Source: a virus. From it: DNA of 64,000 bases. The stretch lies in the IMG/VR virus record IMGVR_UViG_3300042090_000199, positions 1-64,000 of that record; one strand, written 5' to 3'. How positions within the stretch are numbered: position 1 is the first letter of the stretch; every line of letters starts with the position of its first letter. The position numbers and the translations under genes are program-made. The notes beneath the pieces are model-generated. The model did not search any database and had not been told where the DNA came from. It saw only the letters and a program-made list of their open reading frames with translations. Positions 25,714 to 35,500 of this stretch are shown here, piece after piece.

Positions 25714-26421
25714 ATGGGCGGTATAGCAATCGTGTCCGGCGGGCTTGACAGCACCACGATGCTGTACGATCTTGTGAATAGCGGAACAGACGTAGACGTA
25801 GTGTCCTTCAACTACGGGCAGCGTCACATCAGGGAACTGATTCAGGCAAGAGCTATCACTTCAGCTCTTCGTCTCCATCACCTGATCATAGACATTCCGT
25901 CCTATGGACGCTCGATCGTGTCCAGCGCGAGCTCTCTGGTAGACCCTAACGCTGAGGTCCCGGAAGGCAGCTACGACGCCGAAAGCATGAAAGCGACTGT
26001 TGTCCCGAACCGTAATATGGTCATGATAGCTATGGCGTCGGGAGTAGCAATCTCTACCAAGGCCCAGTTTGTCGCTACGGCAGTCCATGCAGGTGACCAC
26101 GCGATCTACCCCGACTGTAGGCCTGAGTTTATCAGGAGCCTAGAGACGGCTATCAAGATCGGTAACGAAGGGTTCATTGACCCTGGGTTCGAAATCAGGA
26201 CCCCTTACATCTACAGGACTAAGGCCGATATCGCCAGGCGAGCAGGCGAACTTCGTGTTCCTGTCGATCTCACGTGGTCGTGCTATAAGGGCGGAACTTC
26301 CCACTGCGGACGATGCGGGACCTGCGTAGAACGTCTCGAAGCCTTTCACGAGGCAGACGTGTTCGACCCTACGGTGTACATGGACACCGAATTCTGGAAG
26401 ACAGCGGTCGCGGCTAAGTAA
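25714..26421 (+). CDS. queC: 7-cyano-7-deazaguanine synthase
   Basis: SGGLDS, YGQRH, VPNRN, YPDCRPEF, TWSCY..CGRCGTCVER. Confidence 0.96.
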   Translation: MGGIAIVSGGLDSTTMLYDLVNSGTDVDVVSFNYGQRHIRELIQARAITSALRLHHLIIDIPSYGRSIVSSASSLVDPNAEVPEGSYDAESMKATVVPNRNMVMIAMASGVAISTKAQFVATAVHAGDHAIYPDCRPEFIRSLETAIKIGNEGFIDPGFEIRTPYIYRTKADIARRAGELRVPVDLTWSCYKGGTSHCGRCGTCVERLEAFHEADVFDPTVYMDTEFWKTAVAAK

Positions 26422-26435
26422 CGGCGGCAATCTCA

Positions 26436-26876
26436 ATGGACGAACAGCTGCCAGGGTCCTGCTCTTGTGCGATAGACTGTTTCCCGCCAACGACGTCTAT
26501 CATCAACTGCGCAGAGCATGGTATGCCTCAGAACCTGGGGGACACTGAATACCCGGGGACTATGCCTAAGTTCGGGCTACCGATTCACGGTTTCGGAGAA
26601 ACTGGTTACGTAGCGCCTCTGTACGATCAGCAGCAGATAGAAGAGGCCGCCCAACTAGCAAAGGCTATTGGCTACAAGGTAGGACGTCCTGTCCAGATAT
26701 GCTCTCTAGCCGACCTTAAGAGGATCGCAGCTTCCACAAGTCCTGGAAGTCCTCCTCCGAGTCTTCAGTATCATAAGCCTGGCTGCATCTATAGCACTGG
26801 TCCGCACCCTGGTGACTGTTATGTCGAGCCGCTGCCAGGGCCTAGCAGGATTCATGATGGAGACCCCAAGCAATGA
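26436..26876 (+). CDS. Pro-rich hypothetical protein
   Basis: ORF track; ATGA overlap downstream. Confidence 0.65.
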   Translation: MDEQLPGSCSCAIDCFPPTTSIINCAEHGMPQNLGDTEYPGTMPKFGLPIHGFGETGYVAPLYDQQQIEEAAQLAKAIGYKVGRPVQICSLADLKRIAASTSPGSPPPSLQYHKPGCIYSTGPHPGDCYVEPLPGPSRIHDGDPKQ

Positions 26877-28039
26877 GTGAACTCGTCCACGAGATCCATT
26901 CGTCTCAGCTTCGTGGTTACCGTACATGCAGACGTATGTGGGACTGGCGCTATCGTGACAACTGGGAGCCGATCAAGCGTCCGGCGCCTCTCGAAGATGG
27001 TACTGTCTGGCATAAGGCTCTAGAAGTCTTGTACAACCCTGAGACTTGGCGCGTTCCTCTAGCGGACTTGCACAGGTTTGCTCAGGAAGCTCTTATCGCC
27101 GAAGCTGATCGGCAACGTACGGATTATCTCCATCGTGCAGGCAAGTACCAGTTGGACGAAGAGGAAGCTCTCGACTATGGCGAGCGTCTCAGTATCCTAC
27201 GGAGCATGTTGGTCAAGCTGTGTCGTAGTCTCGACCGTTCGGCCTATAAGCCGCTATTCGTAGAGCGTGAATTCGAGTGTCCTGTTGTTGACGACGCAGG
27301 CAACCAGCTTCACTGTGTCTGCAAGGAATGCATCGCACAGTACCGAAAGCATAACGAGTTTCCGGATTCATACGACATTACAGGACAGTTTACAGGTCTT
27401 CCAGTTGTATTCAGCTGTCGCATCGATGCAGTCTTCGAAGACCGTGAAGGATTCGTCTTCGTAACCGACCACAAGTCAGCCGCCAGCTTGTACAAAGAAG
27501 ACTCAGTAATCCCAGAGCTCGAAGACCAGCTTCCTTCGTACCTGTGGTGCGTTCGTCAGAACGGTTACCCGGCTACCGGCATTATCCTCAATCAGTTCCG
27601 AAAGGCTTACCCGAAGCCTCCTAAGAGACTGCAGACTCCTGGACAGGGACGCTGGTACAGCGTCAATAAGCAGCAGCTCACGGACTACCACACAGCACGA
27701 CAAGTCTTCGAACGCAAGGACAACAGAGCTTATCGTCACGGCTTGTACAACGACTACCTAGAGTGGCTCAAGGCTCACGGTCCAGAATATTCCAGGCAGT
27801 TCGTGATCCTCAAGACTAACGAACACCTGGAAGAAGCTGGCCGTAATATACTGCTACAAGCTAAGGAGGTGATCGGCGAGCCAGCTATCTACAAGAACGC
27901 GAATCAACCGAACTGTCAGTCATGTTCATTCCAGCTACCCTGTCTTACAGCTTCTGGCGGTCTAGACCCGACAGGAGACCTTGAGGCAGGCTTCGTCAAG
28001 TCAGAACCGTACTATATACAGAGACGGCGGCAGTCATGA
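26873..28039 (+). CDS. PD-(D/E)xK Cas4/RecB-like exonuclease
   Basis: TCRR, GTVWH, RIDAV..VTDHK, QLPSY, CQSCSFQLPC. Confidence 0.85.
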   Translation: MSELVHEIHSSQLRGYRTCRRMWDWRYRDNWEPIKRPAPLEDGTVWHKALEVLYNPETWRVPLADLHRFAQEALIAEADRQRTDYLHRAGKYQLDEEEALDYGERLSILRSMLVKLCRSLDRSAYKPLFVEREFECPVVDDAGNQLHCVCKECIAQYRKHNEFPDSYDITGQFTGLPVVFSCRIDAVFEDREGFVFVTDHKSAASLYKEDSVIPELEDQLPSYLWCVRQNGYPATGIILNQFRKAYPKPPKRLQTPGQGRWYSVNKQQLTDYHTARQVFERKDNRAYRHGLYNDYLEWLKAHGPEYSRQFVILKTNEHLEEAGRNILLQAKEVIGEPAIYKNANQPNCQSCSFQLPCLTASGGLDPTGDLEAGFVKSEPYYIQRRRQS

Positions 28040-28872
28040 GCGACGTTAGCACCGCACTAGTCCCTACTATGACAGACTTCGGAGGCGTTCCCATAGCGCC
28101 TATCCGAGACAAGCCACAGTACATGAAGGCTCTGGTCTACGGTAAGCCAGGCGTCGGCAAGACAACTCTGGTAGCCCAGGCTCAGAAGATCCCAGGCATG
28201 TCACCTGTGCTCTTCATGACACCGGATCAGGCGGAGGCAGACACGCTGCGTAAGGAAGCTCCAGACGCGCAGGTAGCCTTCATCAGGAAGTTCTCACAGT
28301 TCGACCAGATCTACAAGGCAGCAGCTAAGCTGTCTGCCGCCGGTACGCCTATTCCGTTCAAGACCTTCGTGGTCGACACAGGTACCGAAGCGCAGAAGCT
28401 ATCCATGAACGACATCATGACAGCTCTTCTTATCTCGGGTCGACCTGGAGGCGGAGAGGTTAACTTCGACGTCCCGAGCATGCGTGAGTGGGGCGAATCG
28501 ATTAGCCAGATGCGGACGCTCGTTCGGCACTTCCGCGATCTACCGGTCAACTTCATCATGAACTGTCACGAAGCGGAAGCCAAGGACAACCGTTCCATCA
28601 ACTGGATCGTTCCAGACCTGCCCGGCAAGCTCAAGAACCAGGTCTGCGGTATGTTCAGTAACGTGTTCTACCTCGGAGTAGAACGTACAACAGTGACAGA
28701 AGGCCGAAGCAAGATCGTCGAAGCCGAACGTCGCATTCTCTTGACAGGCCTTACGGAAGGCTACCTAGCTAAGTCAAGAACCGGACTCTTCGAGAGGGTT
28801 GTTCAGGAACCTAAACTCGAAGACCTCTATAAGGCAATTATCAGTATGCCTGCAGAGGAGACCGCCCGATAG
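28036..28872 (+). CDS. AAA ATPase, Sak4-like recombinase
   Basis: YGKPGVGKTT, VVDT, CHE, AKSR; position between exonuclease and SSB-like gene. Confidence 0.8.
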   Translation: MSDVSTALVPTMTDFGGVPIAPIRDKPQYMKALVYGKPGVGKTTLVAQAQKIPGMSPVLFMTPDQAEADTLRKEAPDAQVAFIRKFSQFDQIYKAAAKLSAAGTPIPFKTFVVDTGTEAQKLSMNDIMTALLISGRPGGGEVNFDVPSMREWGESISQMRTLVRHFRDLPVNFIMNCHEAEAKDNRSINWIVPDLPGKLKNQVCGMFSNVFYLGVERTTVTEGRSKIVEAERRILLTGLTEGYLAKSRTGLFERVVQEPKLEDLYKAIISMPAEETAR

Positions 28873-28908
28873 GGCAAAGTAACTAGTACAGAAAGAGAAA
28901 ACGGAACT

Positions 28909-29427
28909 ATGGGTATCAAGGTAAGTCTCAGCGACCAGGAAGCTTCGTCAGGCGACCGCAGCTTCGACCCGATGCCGATCGGCAAGTACCACGCCGTGAT
29001 CCACGCCGTGGAGCTGGCGGAGTCAGAATCGGATAACAACCCTGGCAAGCCGATGCTCAACTTCGAGTTCGTCGTTCAGGACACGCCGGGACGCTGGCAG
29101 GAGTACGCCAACAGGCACGACTTCGTCAACGCGTGCCTCTGGGAAGGCGCGATGTACACCATCGTCGGCATCCTCAAGGCACTGCCTTCCCAGAAGGGCA
29201 ACAAGAACGCCTACGAGGACAACCTCGACTCTGACGGCAATCTCGAAGTCCCGACCGAGCCAGAGTACTACGAGGGTCAGGAGCTCTTCATCCGGCGCGG
29301 CAAGAACAAGCGGCAGGTCGAGAAGTTCCCTGACATGCCCGAGCGCCACATCGAGGTCCGCGGCTACGGGATGTTCTCCGAAGACCAGCTCGGGTCTCCG
29401 AAGAGCGAGACCGACGTTCCGTTCTAG
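28909..29427 (+). CDS. ssDNA-binding protein (DUF669-like)
   Basis: FDPMPIGKY, GKPMLNFEF, acidic tail ending DVPF. Confidence 0.75.
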   Translation: MGIKVSLSDQEASSGDRSFDPMPIGKYHAVIHAVELAESESDNNPGKPMLNFEFVVQDTPGRWQEYANRHDFVNACLWEGAMYTIVGILKALPSQKGNKNAYEDNLDSDGNLEVPTEPEYYEGQELFIRRGKNKRQVEKFPDMPERHIEVRGYGMFSEDQLGSPKSETDVPF

Positions 29428-29530
29428 CTAGACCATGAAGATGAAGGTTCGAGTCGCGGCGTAAGAGACTGGTACCTGTAAGAGAGCGACTAGGGCCAGA
29501 GGCCTTCATCTTCAGCACCAGGGAGACAGA

Positions 29531-29911
29531 GTGCCTAATTACGACTTCAGTTCCAGCTTTCCTCATCCACAGTGGAGTATCTGCGGCATGGAGCTTCCTG
29601 ACGGAAGAGTCCGTATTATTGCTAGCAAGGAGCTCAGTTATGCGGAACTCCGATACGAAGCGGGGTTCCACCAAGTGTTCGACGGAATCTTCCCGATTCA
29701 TGCAGGTATCACGCATACGGATCTGACACTGACGACACATATGCGCACCTGTGTCCTTATCGACGGACCCGACTACGCTACCTGTATCAAGCATCTATTC
29801 GAGACTTGGAAGCCTGACGACCTTAAGCGCAAGGCTATCGGTCCGAAGCAACTCGGTATCGAAGGTTCTCCTACCGGCCGTACACCCACGCCTCCTCCGA
29901 TCGGATACTAG
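29531..29911 (+). CDS. Hypothetical protein
   Basis: RBS AGGGAG. Confidence 0.7.
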   Translation: MPNYDFSSSFPHPQWSICGMELPDGRVRIIASKELSYAELRYEAGFHQVFDGIFPIHAGITHTDLTLTTHMRTCVLIDGPDYATCIKHLFETWKPDDLKRKAIGPKQLGIEGSPTGRTPTPPPIGY

Positions 29912-29912
29912 C

Positions 29913-30419
29913 ATGTGGCGCATCAGTAAGACATTTCAGTTCTCAGCAGCGCACTATCTCAATGATCTTGCAGAAGGCCACCCTTGTGGACGCTTGCATG
30001 GGCACAATTACGAGGTCGAACTGTATCTAGAAAGTCCTGCGCTCGACGATGTAGGCTTCGTACGTGACTACGGAGAGCTAGGACGCTTCAAGACCTGGCT
30101 GGACAACACGTTCGACCACAGGCAGATCAACGACACGATCGAACAGCCTACAGCCGAGAACATGGCGAAGATGTTCTACGAGCGAGCAGTAGTCTTGTAC
30201 CCCGAAGTCGTAGCTGTACGTGTCAGCGAGACACCGAAGACAACCGCCTGGTATTCGCCGCACTCACTACCGCCGCTAGACACCGTGCTCGATGTCATAG
30301 AGTCACTCGCAGGAGAGCCGGTTTCTAGTCCAGATCGTCAGCGCCTCATAGACGCACTAACTCAGCTTCTTCCGTTCCGGTCTATATTCGGCGTGGGAGA
30401 GCCTGGTGGAGGGAAGTAA
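29913..30419 (+). CDS. queD: 6-carboxy-5,6,7,8-tetrahydropterin synthase with C-terminal extension
   Basis: FSAAH, CGRLHGHNY, FDHR, PTAENMA, VSET. Confidence 0.93.
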   Translation: MWRISKTFQFSAAHYLNDLAEGHPCGRLHGHNYEVELYLESPALDDVGFVRDYGELGRFKTWLDNTFDHRQINDTIEQPTAENMAKMFYERAVVLYPEVVAVRVSETPKTTAWYSPHSLPPLDTVLDVIESLAGEPVSSPDRQRLIDALTQLLPFRSIFGVGEPGGGK

Positions 30420-31033
30420 TGCCTTTCGAACCTGATGGCTTGATATACAGAGATTCCGTAACAGGTCAAGAAGTTCTAGACGTTCAAACAGCTAGACCTG
30501 AGACCCTGATGAGAATCCTTCTAGAAAAGGTTCTACCAGACTTCGACTGGGACGGCGACGACGTCAGGGATACTCCGAAGCGCTTCGTCAAGATGCTACG
30601 CGAGCTAACAGATGCTAGCGAGCATTGGCAATTTACAACCTTCAAGACAGACGCTCACGAACTAGTGGTTGTCAAGAACATTCGGTTCGTAAGTCTATGC
30701 TCACACCATCTAGCGCCTTTCACAGGTATCTGCCATGTAGGCTACGTACCTGATGGACTCATTGCAGGTCTATCCAAGATAGCGCGTCAGGTTCAGACAG
30801 CAGCTAAGACTCCCGCAGTCCAGGAAGAACTAACTACAGACCTGGCAGATACGTTCAATGATATCCTGAATCCACAAGGTATCATTGTCGTCATGAAGGC
30901 GTTCCACAGCTGCATGTCGCTGCGAGGCGCACTAGCACACGAGACCGAAACGGTCACCAGCGCTGTCAGAGGCGTCTTCGTCGATAACAAGCGCCACGTC
31001 AAAGAGGAATTCTTCAAGCTGTTGGGGCTGTAA
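30419..31033 (+). CDS. folE: GTP cyclohydrolase I
   Basis: DTPKR, SLCSHHLAPF, GLSKIAR, VQEELT, HSCMSLRG. Confidence 0.95.
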   Translation: MPFEPDGLIYRDSVTGQEVLDVQTARPETLMRILLEKVLPDFDWDGDDVRDTPKRFVKMLRELTDASEHWQFTTFKTDAHELVVVKNIRFVSLCSHHLAPFTGICHVGYVPDGLIAGLSKIARQVQTAAKTPAVQEELTTDLADTFNDILNPQGIIVVMKAFHSCMSLRGALAHETETVTSAVRGVFVDNKRHVKEEFFKLLGL

Positions 31034-31869
31034 TGATTCCGATAGAAGTAGCAATTATCCCTCCAGGCGCTCTCGCACAGCGGTACTGCGAAAACCGTCG
31101 TATACAGATGGCTCTGGCAGGCGAACTCATTCATCCTAACGGAGGAGAACCTCCGAACGGTCACTATCTCGACTTCTACAACCAGGCATGGAAGAGTCAC
31201 CATGTCGAGTGGCTACTAGACAACGGCGCCTGGGAAGGTCAACGTCTGAACAACAACGACCTTCTGCGAGTCGCTGCACGCTACGGTGCAACAGAGCTAG
31301 TAGCACCTGACGTCCTAGGTGATCCTTCCGCGACGCTAGCACTCACTCAAGAGTTCCTGGGACTTCTACGAGACTCGCCGAAGCTGCCTTTCGGACAGGT
31401 CCCACGCATTGCAGTCGTAGCTCACGGGCAGAGTCTTAACGAGTCTCTGGCGTTCGTATCCGAACTGAACCACTGCGACACGAGTCATCATGTCAAGACG
31501 ATCTCTATCAGCCGAACTACCTGCTACAGGTCAGGCAACCCTACAGCTAGGTTTGAACTGGCTCTAGAAATCAAGAAGCGCTACGGTATTCGTTACGATA
31601 TTCACCTGCTAGGCTTTAGTGACCAATGGCCAACAGAGCTTCAGCACTGCGCCTCGGTATCTGGTCTAGTTCGGAGCATGGATACTATTGCGCCCTTCTC
31701 GTATGCACACAGAGGAGTAAGCATAGAAGAAGTCGGCAGAGTAGAAGTACCGCGGCCTGATAACTACTTCGAACTCACTTATGCAGACTTCGATCACGAC
31801 CTACTGCTGCACAACATCAACGTCCTCGACCAGTGGGGTCGTACTCCGATTCAGAGGTGGAAATCATGA
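31033..31869 (+). CDS. dpdA: TGT-fold DNA 7-deazaguanine transglycosylase (DpdA-like)
   Basis: LLDNGA, PDVLGD, IHLLG, RSMD motifs; coupled to queD-folE. Confidence 0.65.
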   Translation: MIPIEVAIIPPGALAQRYCENRRIQMALAGELIHPNGGEPPNGHYLDFYNQAWKSHHVEWLLDNGAWEGQRLNNNDLLRVAARYGATELVAPDVLGDPSATLALTQEFLGLLRDSPKLPFGQVPRIAVVAHGQSLNESLAFVSELNHCDTSHHVKTISISRTTCYRSGNPTARFELALEIKKRYGIRYDIHLLGFSDQWPTELQHCASVSGLVRSMDTIAPFSYAHRGVSIEEVGRVEVPRPDNYFELTYADFDHDLLLHNINVLDQWGRTPIQRWKS

Positions 31870-32435
31870 CAGAGCGTATAGTTATCATTCCACGCAACGA
31901 GAACTGGGAAACACCTTCAGGCTGGTTCGTGATAGAGTACTACGCAGGCTACGGTCTACTAGGCAGTGCTGGTATACCTTCTGCAGCACGTATCACAGAC
32001 GACCCTGAACACCATGAGCTTATACAAGTCCTACAGTCGTTTCCTTCCGAACACGTCTGTACTCAAGGTGTCTGTAACGAGCACGCAGGAATTCATCCTG
32101 AGAACATCCACATGACAGAAAGCATCGATCTACGTACTCAGGGTGAACTGCGCCCAGAGTACTACAAGACTGAGTCAGGTCTGGAACCATGGGACGTTAT
32201 TAAGGCCTTTCGTCTAGATTACTGGCGAGGCAATGCAGTTGCATATCTCCTGCGAGCAGGTCGTAAGCCTGGAGATAGCGGCGGCAACGGTGCTATATCA
32301 GACATACGGAAAGCGTATACGTTTCTAGGCGAACGTCTACGTATGCTAGACGAAGAACGATATCCACTTCATGTAGTAACTATTCAGGACGCAGAAGATG
32401 AACCGAAGCGTAGAGGACCTACTGACGTGGGGTGA
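31866..32435 (+). CDS. DUF3310-domain protein
   Basis: PEYY..EPWDVI..YWRGNAVAYLLRAGRK..DIRKA. Confidence 0.75.
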   Translation: MTERIVIIPRNENWETPSGWFVIEYYAGYGLLGSAGIPSAARITDDPEHHELIQVLQSFPSEHVCTQGVCNEHAGIHPENIHMTESIDLRTQGELRPEYYKTESGLEPWDVIKAFRLDYWRGNAVAYLLRAGRKPGDSGGNGAISDIRKAYTFLGERLRMLDEERYPLHVVTIQDAEDEPKRRGPTDVG

Positions 32436-32550
32436 AAACTGCAACGTTCGGTTGCGTGACACAGACATTTACTGCTTGCGCAACGAACATGGCGATGACA
32501 CTCCTCACCAGAACGGGGACGTAACGTGGTGGAACAATCAGGTGAACTAG
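32398..32550 (+). CDS. Small hypothetical protein (MNRSVEDL...)
   Basis: Fills the gap before the polymerase. Confidence 0.5.
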   Translation: MNRSVEDLLTWGENCNVRLRDTDIYCLRNEHGDDTPHQNGDVTWWNNQVN

Positions 32551-35500
32551 TTCAGCCGAAAGCACGTCGTCATCCTCTAGCAGCCTGCGAGACTTGTCCG
32601 CTTAACACCTCTGAATACGGATTCGTTCCTAGCTCTGGACCTGACCGAGCCAGGATCGCTCTAGTGGGTCAGAATCCTGGGCGAGCAGAGATTAGGCTAG
32701 GCAGACCATTCATTGGACCAAGTGGCAAACTCCTAGACAAGGTTCTGCAAGCCTACCGTCTGAGGCGAGATGAGATGTTCATTACGAACGCTTGTCTCTG
32801 CACGTCTAAGGACAACCCAAGCTTCACGCCTCCTCCGGGAGCGGTAACTGCTTGTCGACAAAGACTGCTAACCGAGCTTAGGCAGCACGGCGTCGAACAG
32901 ATCGTGGCCCTGGGGAACACTGCAGCACAGTCGTTGCTGAGAACTAAGATCGGTATTACTCAGCTACGCGTAGGACCGTTCCGTGAGACAGACGACCTGC
33001 CAGATGTCAAGATCATTCCGACCTTTCATCCTGCTGCATGCGTCGATCCGGCTACGAAAATTCTCAAGGCAGACCTTTCATGGATACCTGCCTCTGATAT
33101 CCAAGTAGGAGACGAACTAATAGGCTTCGACGAGAACAAGCCTCGCGAACCATACTCCCGGAGAGAATGGAAGCCTACTGCAGTCACGGAAGCTTACAAT
33201 ATAGTGACTTCTAGATACAGGATTACCCTAGAGAATGGAGATACTCTCACTTGTAGTTCGGATCATCTATGGCTCGCCTGGGATCCTAGTGACAGGTCAA
33301 TGCATTGGATGGTTCCAGAGCGTCTAAAGAAACGACTAGGTCGAGCAACTCTACAACTGTTCATGAAGCCTTGGGAACTAGCTGAAGGATCATCAGCAGG
33401 CTATATAGCAGGGTTCCTTGATGGTGAGGGAACTATCCATCCTCAAGATGGTCTACAGTGGGGTCAGAACAACGGAGCCGTAGCAGACCATATAGTCCGA
33501 CTGTTCAAGGAATACGAATTCGATATTCGCGTCAGCAAGGGATGGTCGGGAACTCACAAATATACAGGCAATAAGGAGTCAGGAGAATGCAGACATTATC
33601 ACACGCGTGGACGTAGAGAGGGGTTGCGAGCAGTCGGAATGTTTCGACCCGTTCGTCTCCTACCTAAGGCTCGCAAGATATGGGAAGGATGGGGTGTCAG
33701 AGCTGATAAGGTACTAGTAACAAACGTCGAGAAGATCGAAGACGGTGTAGTTCGTGTCATAAACACAACTGAGCGAACCTATATAGCAGACGGCTACATG
33801 TCTCATAACTGCCTACGTGCTCCTGCTGCTTTCCCTTCGATGTGCAACGACTTCCAGAAGCTTGTAGTCGCTGCTCCTCCCTGGAAGAAGCCTAAGGTAG
33901 TCGTCATTGATACTGAAAAGGGAGCGCTCCGTGCAATAGCCATTTTGCGACGGAAGTACAATAAAGCCGTAGTTGACATTGAAACCGACCTAGATAAGGA
34001 AAAGTCGTTCGACCACCCGAGCAGGTTCGCACTGCTCTGCATAGGCATATGTGTACAGAAAGGTGTAGGCATTGTATTCGGAGAACGAGCCTGTAGATCT
34101 GAAGCAGTCCTCAAATCGATGGCCGATTGGCTGCGAGGTATTGAACTCATATTTCAGAACGGGAAATTCGACGTCAGTGGCTTGTATCCTAAGGGATTCA
34201 CCGACCTTGTCATCGGACAAGACACCATGCTCAAATCCTACGTGCTGGATGAACGCTCGGGTATCCACGGACTGAAGTACAACGCCGTCGAGAAACTAGG
34301 TGCTCCCCGTTATGACGAAGATCTCGACCAATACACCGGAAAAGGGAAGAACAAGCGCTTCGGTAATATCCCAAGGTCTATCCTATACGAATACAACGGC
34401 TACGATGTCGTTTGCACCTGGGAACTCGATGAGTTCTTCGATGCCGATATCGACCGAGAAGATGGTCTACGCCTTCCGCCTATACGCGATCGCGCTGACG
34501 GTGAATGGTGGGGACTCCGACATCTGCATGACTTTCTATGCGAGGCTGCCACAGGGTTCGTCTACCTAGAACTCAACGGGTTCGCTGTAGACCTGACTTA
34601 TAATCGTCAGCTGCAAAGAGAGTACGCAATCGAAGCTAAGGGCTACGAGCGTACTATGTTCAGGATAGCAGGAGAGTTCAACCCGAAATCGCCTATGCAG
34701 GTCAAGGCTGTTCTTCACGATCTGGGTGTCAAGATACCCATGAAGAAGAACCTCAAAGGTGACATGGTTGAAACTACCGATGCCGAAGCATTGACCTTGA
34801 TGTACGAAGCTGCCAAAGCGCGTAGAGACAGAACTAAGTCAGGGAGAACAGCTCAGGCTCCGGGTCGTGTAGTTCTACAAGGCACGATCGATCATGGCGG
34901 CTCGAACCAGATCGGTCCTGAAGTCGTAGAGGTAAGTACTGAAGACAGCATCGTTACGTTTCTGGAGACGATGCTTAAGTACCGTAAGGTGGCTAAACTA
35001 GATGGTACGTATGTCACAGGACTCCGGAAATACGTTTACCGCGGTAGGGTTTATCCCACCGTAATGCTTCATAGTACTAGTACCGGAAGACTATCCCAAA
35101 AGAAGCCCTCGCTCCAGGTCATTCCTCGGGGTGATAAGCTGCGTAGACAGTACAAGGTCGCTAAGGATGATCACGTCCTTGTTGGTGCGGACTACGGTCA
35201 GCTTGAACTCCGAGTTCTAACCTGGCTAGCCCAGGAGCCATATTTTGCAGAAATCTTCCGTGATCCTTCTCGAGACCTGTTTGACGAACTACTTCCTATC
35301 GTTAGACCTGAACGATCATACAGACTAGCATCGGCTTCAGCTAAGGACAAGCGTATCATCGTTAAGGCCTTCGTATACGGTCTAGCGTACGGTCGTGAAG
35401 CCAAGTCCATTTCGGACGAACTAGATATTCCGCTTCGCGACGCACAAGCCATGTATCGTGACTTCTTCGTGGTCATTCCCCGAATCGTAGCCTTTCGCGA

